Assembly (NCBI GenBank): GCA_965228875.1
Contig: OZ245843.1
Span: 4,756,616-4,820,615, forward strand
Source: Thalassobaculaceae bacterium
Lineage (GTDB): Bacteria; Pseudomonadota; Alphaproteobacteria; Thalassobaculales; Thalassobaculaceae
Reading direction: 5' to 3'
Length of the DNA: 64,000 nucleotides
Shown: one piece after another, positions 56,337-64,000 of the stretch
How positions within the stretch are numbered: the stretch's first letter is position 1
Layout: each line of letters opens with the position of its first letter
Notes under the pieces: generated by a model
What the model was told of the DNA's origin: nothing
Database searches by the model: none
The model's input: the letters and a program-made list of their open reading frames with translations, nothing else
Made by a program: the position numbers and the translations under genes

Positions 56337-57751
56337 ATCGGCAGCCTCACCACTGCCCTCAACCCGCCCAGCGGCGAGTCCTCCAGCGTCAGGTCGCCGC
56401 CGTGTCCGCGCACGATGTCGCGGCTGATGGTGAGACCGAGCCCGGTTCCGCCGGTCTGCGGGTTGCGCGACGGCTCCAGACGCTTGAACGGCTGGAACGC
56501 CTCCTCGCGCTTGTCCTCCGGAATGCCGGTGCCGTCGTCGTCGACGGTGATCTCGACGGTGTCGCCGGCCCGCACCACGGCGACATTGACCCGGCTGCCG
56601 TAGCGCACGGCGTTCTGGATCAGGTTGGCCACCGCCCGGCGCAGCGCGTCGGGCCGCGCCGGCAGCACGGCCTGACCGTCGTCGGGCTGCTCGTAGACGA
56701 TACGCCCGCCGCCGCGCCGCTCGCTGGCGATCAGGTCGTTCACCAGGGTGCCGACATCGATCTCCACCGGCGCCTCCGCGCCCTCGCCGCGGGCGAAGGC
56801 GAGGTAGCCCTCGACCATCCGCTCCATCTCGGTGACGTCGGCCTTGAGCTCGGCGGTGTCCTCGTTGTCGCCGAGCATGGCGAGTTCCAGCTTCATCCGC
56901 GTCAGGGGCGTGCGCAGGTCGTGGCTGACGCCGGCGAGCATTTCCGTGCGCTGGGTGAGCTGCCGGGTGATGCGGTCGCGCATCTGCAGGAAGGCGGCGG
57001 AAGCCTGGCGCACCTCGGCGGCCCCTTCCGGCTTGAACCCGGTGACGTCGCGACCGAGGCCGAAGGCGCGGGCGGCGATGGCGAGCCGGCGGATCGGCCG
57101 GATCTGGTTGCGCATGAAGACGATGGCGATGGCGAACAGCACCAGCGAAGAGCCGACCATCCACAGCATGAACACGTAGGTGGTCGACGTGAACAGCCGC
57201 TTCTTGTGCGCCACCACCTGCAGCACGCCGGAGGGAAGCTGCACCAGGATCTCGATCCGGCGATCGATCGTGTCGGTGTTCATCACGTAGGGCCGGTGCA
57301 CTTTGGTATGCATGGCGTCCTGCATCGCCACCTGGGTCTGGTCGAACAGCGAGAAGCTCGGCCGGTTCGGCAGGATATCCTCCGGCAGCCAGGCAAGTTC
57401 GATATCGAAATGGCGGATCGACCGTTCCGAGAGCGCCGCCACCGCCTCGCCGGTGATCGGCGGGCGCAATTCCTCGATCAGAAAGGCGACGTCGCCGGCC
57501 AGGCTGTGCACCAGCCGGCGGGTCATGATCTCCCAGTGGCGCTCGTAGAACACGTAGGCGGAGATCGCCTGCATCAGCACCAGCGGTGTGACGATGATGA
57601 GCAGCGCCCGGCCGAACAGGGTCTTGGGCACGTACTGCTTCAGGCGCCGGACACCGGTGTCCGCCCCGGCCGCGGCGCGGGGCCGGCTGAGCGAGGCGGT
57701 GTCGGTGCGGATCCCGATGCCCGCCTTGTCGTCTCGGGTCATCTCCGCCAT
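56333..57751 (-). CDS. EnvZ-like sensor histidine kinase
   Basis: PKTLFGR, RNQIRPI, LAGVSHDLRTPLTR, GTGLGL. Confidence 0.9.
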   Translation of the reverse strand: MAEMTRDDKAGIGIRTDTASLSRPRAAAGADTGVRRLKQYVPKTLFGRALLIIVTPLVLMQAISAYVFYERHWEIMTRRLVHSLAGDVAFLIEELRPPITGEAVAALSERSIRHFDIELAWLPEDILPNRPSFSLFDQTQVAMQDAMHTKVHRPYVMNTDTIDRRIEILVQLPSGVLQVVAHKKRLFTSTTYVFMLWMVGSSLVLFAIAIVFMRNQIRPIRRLAIAARAFGLGRDVTGFKPEGAAEVRQASAAFLQMRDRITRQLTQRTEMLAGVSHDLRTPLTRMKLELAMLGDNEDTAELKADVTEMERMVEGYLAFARGEGAEAPVEIDVGTLVNDLIASERRGGGRIVYEQPDDGQAVLPARPDALRRAVANLIQNAVRYGSRVNVAVVRAGDTVEITVDDDGTGIPEDKREEAFQPFKRLEPSRNPQTGGTGLGLTISRDIVRGHGGDLTLEDSPLGGLRAVVRLPI

Positions 57752-57894
57752 GGCGAGCGAGCTCCGGGCCTGGACGATCTAACGCGGCCCGACCATAGCA
57801 GGTCCGCGGCGGTGCCGCGCCCCCGCCGGAGTCGTCGCCGGAGTCGTCGCCGGGGCCGTCGGCGGGCGCGTCGGCAACGGTCGTTCCGGAACGC

Positions 57895-58632
57895 TCACCC
57901 GAAGTTCTGACCGCCGTCGACCGCCACGGTCTGGCCGGTCACCCAGTTGGCCGCCCCCGAGACCAGGAAGGCCGCCACCCGCGCGACCTCGTCCGGCGTC
58001 CCCATCCGGCCGAACGGGATCTTGTCGCGGGTCGAGAAGTAGCTGTTCGGATCGTTGTAGCGACGCCGTTCCCAGCTGCCGCCGGGGAACTCGATCGAGC
58101 CCGGCGCGATGCAGTTCACCCGGATGCGCTGCGGCGCATAGCGTACGGCATGGGACTGGGTGAGCTGGATCACCGCGGCCTTGATCGCGCCGTAGGGGAT
58201 CGAGCCGCTGGGGCCGATGCCGGAGATCGAGGAGATGTTGAGCACGCTGCCGGCCGTCTTCTCCAGGTGGGGCGCCGCCGCCCAGGTGGCCCGGACCACG
58301 CCCATGAGATCGACGTCGATGCTCTTGCTCCAGCCGTCCTCGTCGTCCTTGGAGCCGAAGCCCGAGGGGTTGTTCACCAGCGCGTACAGGCCGCCCAGCT
58401 TCTCGGCGGCATCGTCGACATAGGCGGCCAGCGCGTCGGCATCGGCAACGTCGCACAGGGCGCCGATGGCGTCGTCGCCGAGGTCGGCGAGCGCGGCGTC
58501 CAGCGAGGCCCGGGTCCGGCCGCAGATCGACACCCGCGCGCCTTCCGCCAGACAGGCCCTCGCGATCGCCAGGCCGATGCCGCGGGTCCCCCCGGTCACG
58601 ATCACGCCCTTGCCGGAAAGTCCGAGATCCAT
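57895..58632 (-). CDS. SDR family oxidoreductase
   Basis: TGGTRGIG, YGAIK, VNCIAPG. Confidence 0.9.
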   Translation of the reverse strand: MDLGLSGKGVIVTGGTRGIGLAIARACLAEGARVSICGRTRASLDAALADLGDDAIGALCDVADADALAAYVDDAAEKLGGLYALVNNPSGFGSKDDEDGWSKSIDVDLMGVVRATWAAAPHLEKTAGSVLNISSISGIGPSGSIPYGAIKAAVIQLTQSHAVRYAPQRIRVNCIAPGSIEFPGGSWERRRYNDPNSYFSTRDKIPFGRMGTPDEVARVAAFLVSGAANWVTGQTVAVDGGQNFG

Positions 58633-58791
58633 AGTCGTCTCCTGAGCTGGTGAGCGACGACTGTAGGGGCGGTCCCGAGCAACGCCAAGACGCCGAGTGC
58701 CGTCTTCGGCGCGCCGGCGTGCGTCCGGTCTTGCCGAAACGCCGGGCGGCTGCTTCGATAGTCGCCCAACCGACCTGTCGAGACCCCGACC

Positions 58792-59964
58792 ATGACCGAT
58801 CCGAAGTCGCCCGCCGGCGTGGCCCTGCCCTACCGCCTGCGCCTGCCTGGCCCGACCGCCGTCCCCGAGCGCGTCCTGAAGGCCGCCTCCCGGCCGATGC
58901 TCGCCCATCGCGGGCCGGAGTTCCTGGCGCGTTTCCAGGCGATCCAGCAGCGCCTGCAGCCGCTGCTGGGGCGCTCCGGCGTGCCACCCTTCCTGTTCGC
59001 CTCGACCGGTATCGGCGCGATGGAGTCGGCGGTGGTGAATCTGGCGGGACCGGGCAGCCGGGTGCTGATCACCACCAACGGTCAGTGGGGACCGGTGTTC
59101 CGCCGGCTCGCCGAGGCGATCGGAGCCGAGGTCGACGAGGTTGTCTCCGACCGCGGCGCGCCCGTCGACCTGGACGGCGTGCGCGCCGCGTTGAAGGAAA
59201 AGCGCTACGACGCGGTCTTCACCGTGCACAGCGAAAGCTCGACCGGAGCGCTGACCGACCTCCAGGCGCTCGGCGCCATCGTCGCGGAGACCGAGGCGGT
59301 GCTTGCCTGCGACAGCGTCAGCGGTCTCGGCGGCGCCGCGATGCGCGCCGACGAATGGTGGGTCGACGTGGTCGTGTCGGCCTCGCAGAAGGCGCTGATG
59401 TGTCCGCCGGGGCTCGGCATCGCCAGCATCAGCGAGAAGGCCTGGGCACTGATCGAGCGGGACGACCGCGGCCCGCGCAGCTATTTCGACTACCGTCGCT
59501 TCCGGCCCATGGCGGAGAAGGGCGAGCCGACCTACACCGCGCCGGTTGCCATGCTTAACGCCCTCGACGAGGCGCTGACGATGATCGGCGAGGAGGGGGC
59601 AGAGGCGGCGCTTGCCCGCCACGGACGCCTGAACGCGGCGCTGACCGCCGGGCTGACGGCGCTCGGTTTCTCCGGTTTCCCAAGCGCGACGGCCAGCCCG
59701 ACGCTTGTGGTGATGCGCACGCCGGAGGGCGTCTCCGCGCCGGCCCTGATCGCGCGCCTGTCCGATGGCTACAACGCGGTGATCGCCGGCACCCGGTTCG
59801 AGGACCTGAAGGAGCGCCTGGTCCGGATCGGCACCATGGGCTACGTCACCGATGGCGATATCCTGACGGACATCCACCAGATCGCCCGTGCCCTGTCCGA
59901 CCTCGGGCGCAACGCTGACGAGGCTGGTGCGATGGCCGCCGCGTCGCGGGAGTTATCCGCCTGA
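58792..59964 (+). CDS. Class V aminotransferase (alanine/serine-glyoxylate type)
   Basis: PGPT, HSESSTG, DSVSG, SQKALMCPPG, RIGTMG. Confidence 0.9.
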   Translation: MTDPKSPAGVALPYRLRLPGPTAVPERVLKAASRPMLAHRGPEFLARFQAIQQRLQPLLGRSGVPPFLFASTGIGAMESAVVNLAGPGSRVLITTNGQWGPVFRRLAEAIGAEVDEVVSDRGAPVDLDGVRAALKEKRYDAVFTVHSESSTGALTDLQALGAIVAETEAVLACDSVSGLGGAAMRADEWWVDVVVSASQKALMCPPGLGIASISEKAWALIERDDRGPRSYFDYRRFRPMAEKGEPTYTAPVAMLNALDEALTMIGEEGAEAALARHGRLNAALTAGLTALGFSGFPSATASPTLVVMRTPEGVSAPALIARLSDGYNAVIAGTRFEDLKERLVRIGTMGYVTDGDILTDIHQIARALSDLGRNADEAGAMAAASRELSA

Positions 59965-60060
59965 TTTCTTGACCGGTTCCTGTGGACTTTTGCCCGCCCT
60001 GCCCTCATTTGACGCTGACGCGTGGACGATGCGCGCAGGTGACTTGGGAACGGAGTGCAC

Positions 60061-60654
60061 ATGGACGACTTCGAGAAGATCCTCGACCGCAACCGGCAGT
60101 GGGCTGACCGGATCAAGGCCGCGAATCCCGACTACTTCGAGAAGCTGTCCAAGCAACAGGCGCCCGACATCCTGTGGATCGGCTGCGCCGACAGCCGGGT
60201 TCCGGCCAACCAGATCCTCGACCTGCCGCCGGGTGAGGTGTTCGTGCATCGCAACATCGCCAACGTGGTGGTCCCGTCCGATCTGAACTGCCTGTCGGTT
60301 CTGCAGTTCGCCGTCGAGGTCCTGGGCGTCAGCCACATCCTGGTCTGCGGCCACTACGGCTGCGGAGGGGTGCGGGCGGCCATGTCGGGCGAGGACAATG
60401 GTCTGATCGACAACTGGCTCAACCACATCCGCATGGTCCACCGCCTGCACGAGCACGATCTGCCGGATGACATGCTGGACGAGGAGGCGCTCGACCGGCT
60501 GTGCGAGCTCAACGTGATCGAGCAGGTGGACAACGTCTGCCGCACGACCATCGTCCGCGATGCCTGGGCCCGGGGCAGCGAGCTTCAGGTGCACGGGGTC
60601 GTCTACAGCCTGAAGGACGGTGTTCTCAACGAACTCTGCCTGCGCAAGAACTGA
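60061..60654 (+). CDS. can: Beta carbonic anhydrase
   Basis: WIGCADSRVP, FVHRNIAN, GHYGCGG. Confidence 0.95.
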   Translation: MDDFEKILDRNRQWADRIKAANPDYFEKLSKQQAPDILWIGCADSRVPANQILDLPPGEVFVHRNIANVVVPSDLNCLSVLQFAVEVLGVSHILVCGHYGCGGVRAAMSGEDNGLIDNWLNHIRMVHRLHEHDLPDDMLDEEALDRLCELNVIEQVDNVCRTTIVRDAWARGSELQVHGVVYSLKDGVLNELCLRKN

Positions 60655-60702
60655 CGGGACACCCGTCGGCAACCGGTCCGCCGGCAACTGGTCCGCCGGC
60701 GG

Positions 60703-62103
60703 TCAGGTCGAGAGTGCGGCGAACCGGGCCAGGACCGCGGCGTTCGAGCGGATGCCGTTGTGAAAGCAGACCAGTTCGAATTTCTCGTTCGGGGAGTGCA
60801 CACGGTCGTCGGCCAGGCCGAAGCCGAGCAGGATCGAGTCGATGCCCAAATACTGCCTGATCGATCCGACGGCCGGGATCGATCCGCCCGAACCGATGAG
60901 GTAGGCGTCGCGGGCGAACACGTCCTTCAGTCCGGCCTGGGCCGCCTGCAGAAACGGCGAGTCGGTCGGAACGCGGATGGCCGGCGCCTCCCCCAACTCG
61001 ATGAAGGACGCGGTGTATTCCTCCGGCAGCCTGTCGGTGATGAACCGCTTCAGATTGTCGAGCACGGCGCGCGGATCCTGGTCGGGGACCAGGCGGCAGG
61101 AGATCTTCGCCATCGCCTCCCGGGCGATCACGGTCTTCGCACCGTCGCCGACATAGCCTCCGAGCAGCCCGTTGACGTCGCAGGTCGGCCGACCCCATTG
61201 ACGTTCGAGCGCGTCGTAACCGGCTTCGCCGCCCGGCGTCCTGAGGCCGACCTCTCCGAGGAAGCCGGCCTCGTCGAAGCCGAGCGCCGACCATTGCGCC
61301 CGCTCGTTCTCGCCGACCGGAACCACGTCGTCGTAGAAGTGCGGGATCTGAATGCGGCCGCCCGCGTCGTGCAACTCGCCGACAATGCGCCCGAGGAGGT
61401 TCAGCGGATTGATCATCGCGCCGCCGAACAGTCCGGAATGCAGGTCGCGGTCCGGACCCTTGATCGTCGCCTCCAGGTAGGCGAGGCCGCGCAGGCTGTA
61501 GGTGATCGCCGGCTGGTCGACATCCCACATGCCGGTGTCGCAGACCACGCAGGCGTCGGCCTTGAGTTCTTCGGCGCTGGCGGCGATGAAGGCGTCGAGC
61601 GACGGGCTGCCGGTCTCCTCCTCGCCTTCCAGCAGGACGGTGACGCGGCAGGGCAGGGTGCCGTGCACGGCGATCCAGGCGCGGAACGCCTCGACCCAGG
61701 TCATGACCTGACCCTTGTCGTCCACCGCGCCGCGGGCGACGATCCGCTTTCCCCGCTCGCCATCGACCAGGACCGGCTCGAACGGGCCGGACTCCCACAG
61801 TTCCAGCGGATCGGCCGGCTGCACGTCGTAGTGGCCGTAGTACAGCAGGTGGGGCGCGTTCTCGCCGGCCCCGACGTGGTGGGCGACCACCATCGGGTGG
61901 CCCGCGGTCGGCCGCACTGACGCGTCGAAGCCGAGATCGCTCAACGTGTCCGCCATCCACTGCGCGCCGCGCAGGACGTCGCCGGCGAAGGCGGGGTCGG
62001 TCGATACGCTCGGGATGCGCAGGATGTCGAACAGCCGCTCGACCGAGGCGTCGAGATTGGCGTCCACATGCTCGAGAACGCGTGCCGTGGGTAGGTCGCT
62101 CAT
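60703..62103 (-). CDS. M20 family dipeptidase
   Basis: YGHYDVQP, ARGAVDDKGQ, EGEEE, DLHSG, HSPNE. Confidence 0.92.
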   Translation of the reverse strand: MSDLPTARVLEHVDANLDASVERLFDILRIPSVSTDPAFAGDVLRGAQWMADTLSDLGFDASVRPTAGHPMVVAHHVGAGENAPHLLYYGHYDVQPADPLELWESGPFEPVLVDGERGKRIVARGAVDDKGQVMTWVEAFRAWIAVHGTLPCRVTVLLEGEEETGSPSLDAFIAASAEELKADACVVCDTGMWDVDQPAITYSLRGLAYLEATIKGPDRDLHSGLFGGAMINPLNLLGRIVGELHDAGGRIQIPHFYDDVVPVGENERAQWSALGFDEAGFLGEVGLRTPGGEAGYDALERQWGRPTCDVNGLLGGYVGDGAKTVIAREAMAKISCRLVPDQDPRAVLDNLKRFITDRLPEEYTASFIELGEAPAIRVPTDSPFLQAAQAGLKDVFARDAYLIGSGGSIPAVGSIRQYLGIDSILLGFGLADDRVHSPNEKFELVCFHNGIRSNAAVLARFAALST

Positions 62104-62789
62104 TCGGCGGTCTCCATCTGCGGCGTCTTGGCCGCGGCCACGAAGGCACGGATCTTGGCGGGATTCTTCACGCCCGGCCTGTCCTCGACGCCCGAGGAGG
62201 CGTCGACCCCCGGCGCACCGGTCAGCCGGACCGCCGCCCCGACATTCTCGGCGTTCAGTCCGCCCGAGAGCATCCAGGGGACGCCGAGCGAGAGACCGTC
62301 CAGCAGGTGCCAGTCGAAGCTCAGGCCATTGCCGCCGGGCAGCGCGTCCTTCATGCCCTTCGGCGCCTTGGCGTCGAACAGAAGATGATCGGCCACGCCA
62401 TCGAACTCGGCGGCGGTGCGGACATCCTCGGCGGTGGCGACGCGCAGGGCTTTCATCACGGGCAGGCCGGTCCGGCGCTTCAGCGTGGCGACCCGTTCCG
62501 GCGACTCGCTGCCGTGAACCTGCAGCATGTCGATCACGCCGGTGGCGACGACCTCCTCGACCTCGGGGTCCGTGGGATCGACCATCACAGCAACCCGGGT
62601 GACTCCGGTGATGCCCGCGCCGAGCGCCTGGGCCAGTTCCGGGGTCACCGCCCGGCGACTGCGTGGATAGAACATGAAGCCGATCATGTCGGCGCCGGCG
62701 GCGACCGTGGCATCGACGACAGTCGGCGTGTTCAGCCCGCAGATCTTGACGAGCGGCGGGCGGGGCGATTTGGCGGATGCGATGGTCAA
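62100..62789 (-). CDS. trpF: Phosphoribosylanthranilate isomerase
   Basis: VKICGL, QVHGSE, PGGNGLSFDW, SGGL, DASSGVE; TTG start overlapping the pyrF stop. Confidence 0.93.
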   Translation of the reverse strand: MTIASAKSPRPPLVKICGLNTPTVVDATVAAGADMIGFMFYPRSRRAVTPELAQALGAGITGVTRVAVMVDPTDPEVEEVVATGVIDMLQVHGSESPERVATLKRRTGLPVMKALRVATAEDVRTAAEFDGVADHLLFDAKAPKGMKDALPGGNGLSFDWHLLDGLSLGVPWMLSGGLNAENVGAAVRLTGAPGVDASSGVEDRPGVKNPAKIRAFVAAAKTPQMETAE

Positions 62790-63496
62790 GACAGGCTCTC
62801 GGCGATGGCTTGTGCGGCGGCCGCCGGATCCGGGGCCTGGGTGATCGGGCGGCCGATGACGATGTAGTCCGCCCCGGCGGCGACCGCGTCGGCCGGGGTC
62901 ATCTTGCGTTTCTGGTCGTCCTCGGCGGCGCCGGCCGGCCGTATGCCGGGCACCACCAGGGCGAACTCCGGCCCGCATGCGGCGCGCAGCGCGGCGATCT
63001 CGTGCGGTGAACAGACCACCCCGTCGCACCCGGTCGTCCGGGCCAGCAGGGCGAGGCGCTTGACCTGGTCGCCGACGGGCGTGGCCTGGCCGACGGCATC
63101 GAGGTCGCCGTCGTCGAGGCTGGTGAGGATCGTCACCGCGATCAGCAGGGGCGGTGCGATTCCGGCGGCCGCAGCCGCCTCGCGGTTGGCGGCGACGGCG
63201 GCGCGCATCATGGCCGGCCCGCCCGAGGCGTGAACGTTGAGGATCCTCGGCCGACAGGTCGTGACGGCCGATCGCACGGCCCCCGCCACGGTGTTCGGGA
63301 TATCGTGATACTTCAGATCGAGGAACAGCGGCGTGTCCGCGGCGATGGCGCGCACACCGTCCGGCCCGTTGGCGTTGTGGAACTCCATGCCGAGCTTGAT
63401 GCCGCCGACGTGCCCGCGGACGGCGTCGGCGATGCGGCGCGCCACCGACATGTCGGGCGTGTCGATCCCGACGAGTATCCTGTCCTGCGCCCGCAT
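62786..63496 (-). CDS. pyrF: Orotidine-5'-phosphate decarboxylase
   Basis: FLDLKYHDIPNTV, VTILTS, VPGIRP, GRPIT. Confidence 0.96.
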   Translation of the reverse strand: MRAQDRILVGIDTPDMSVARRIADAVRGHVGGIKLGMEFHNANGPDGVRAIAADTPLFLDLKYHDIPNTVAGAVRSAVTTCRPRILNVHASGGPAMMRAAVAANREAAAAAGIAPPLLIAVTILTSLDDGDLDAVGQATPVGDQVKRLALLARTTGCDGVVCSPHEIAALRAACGPEFALVVPGIRPAGAAEDDQKRKMTPADAVAAGADYIVIGRPITQAPDPAAAAQAIAESLS

Positions 63497-63867
63497 CAGC
63501 CGGCGGCCCGCCGGTCGATCAGCGCCGGGCGTCTGGCATCCGCCGGTAGCCGGGCGCGCAGTTCCTCCTCGCGGATGCGCATGACCGCCAGCTCGCGCTC
63601 CAGGTCGTCGGCCCGCTTCTCCGCCCGGTTGGCGCGCAGCTTATGGCCGAGCTCGCCGCTCCAGGCGATGGCGCCGCCCAGCAGGAAGCCGGCGGCGACC
63701 GCGACCAGAAACGGGAGATACAGGGGCGCGTCCAACGCCCCCGGCAGCGGCCACAGCTCCATGGACACCAGGTGTCGGTTCGACACGGCGAACAGAACCA
63801 CGATCACCGTGAGCGGGAAGGTGACGCAGAACGAGATCAGCTTGGTCGCCCAGGTGCGGCGGGCCAT
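63496..63867 (-). CDS. lapA: LapA family membrane protein
   Basis: FAVSNR, two TM helices, coiled-coil tail; upstream of pyrF. Confidence 0.8.
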   Translation of the reverse strand: MARRTWATKLISFCVTFPLTVIVVLFAVSNRHLVSMELWPLPGALDAPLYLPFLVAVAAGFLLGGAIAWSGELGHKLRANRAEKRADDLERELAVMRIREEELRARLPADARRPALIDRRAAG

Positions 63868-63973
63868 GTCGGAACCTCACGGAGTACGGAGGCCGTAATC
63901 TAGCGACGCGCCGCCCCGGCGACAACGCCTGTGGTCGCGAAAGGGTGCGTCGTTCGACCGCGTGCGGTCGCTG

Positions 63974-64000
63974 TCAGCCGCCGGAACCCTCGCCGGACAT
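63974..64000 (-). CDS. 3' end of a gene entering from the right edge (possibly ihfB by synteny)
   Basis: Reads ...MSGEGSGG*; identity is inferred from position only. Confidence 0.3.
   Translation of the reverse strand: MSGEGSGG

Overview
High-GC (visually about 70%) chromosomal window from an alphaproteobacterium, probably Rhodospirillales/Thalassobaculum-like (inferred from gene content). About 58 CDS and one tRNA(CAT); no integrase, transposase, CRISPR array or rRNA seen. Core and metabolic genes include btaAB, ettA, mlaAC, a Kef K+ efflux protein, phnM, fhs, panC, a P-II protein, can and lapA-pyrF-trpF. Main observations: (1) an NLR-like STAND NTPase-TPR gene with seven near-identical, mosaic 138-bp repeats, bracketed by inward-facing G-quadruplex motifs; (2) an unannotated leader-peptide attenuator upstream of a Bcr/CflA efflux pump; (3) a LysR + 3-sulfinopropionyl-CoA desulfinase + ThDP-enzyme unit; (4) a solitary AT-rich Mrr gene; (5) four copies of a ~45-bp palindromic element, three overlapping TAG stops; (6) a degenerate flagellin-like gene behind a perfect CtrA box; (7) a flavin-reductase gene scar. 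All family calls come from motif recognition by eye, not database searches.
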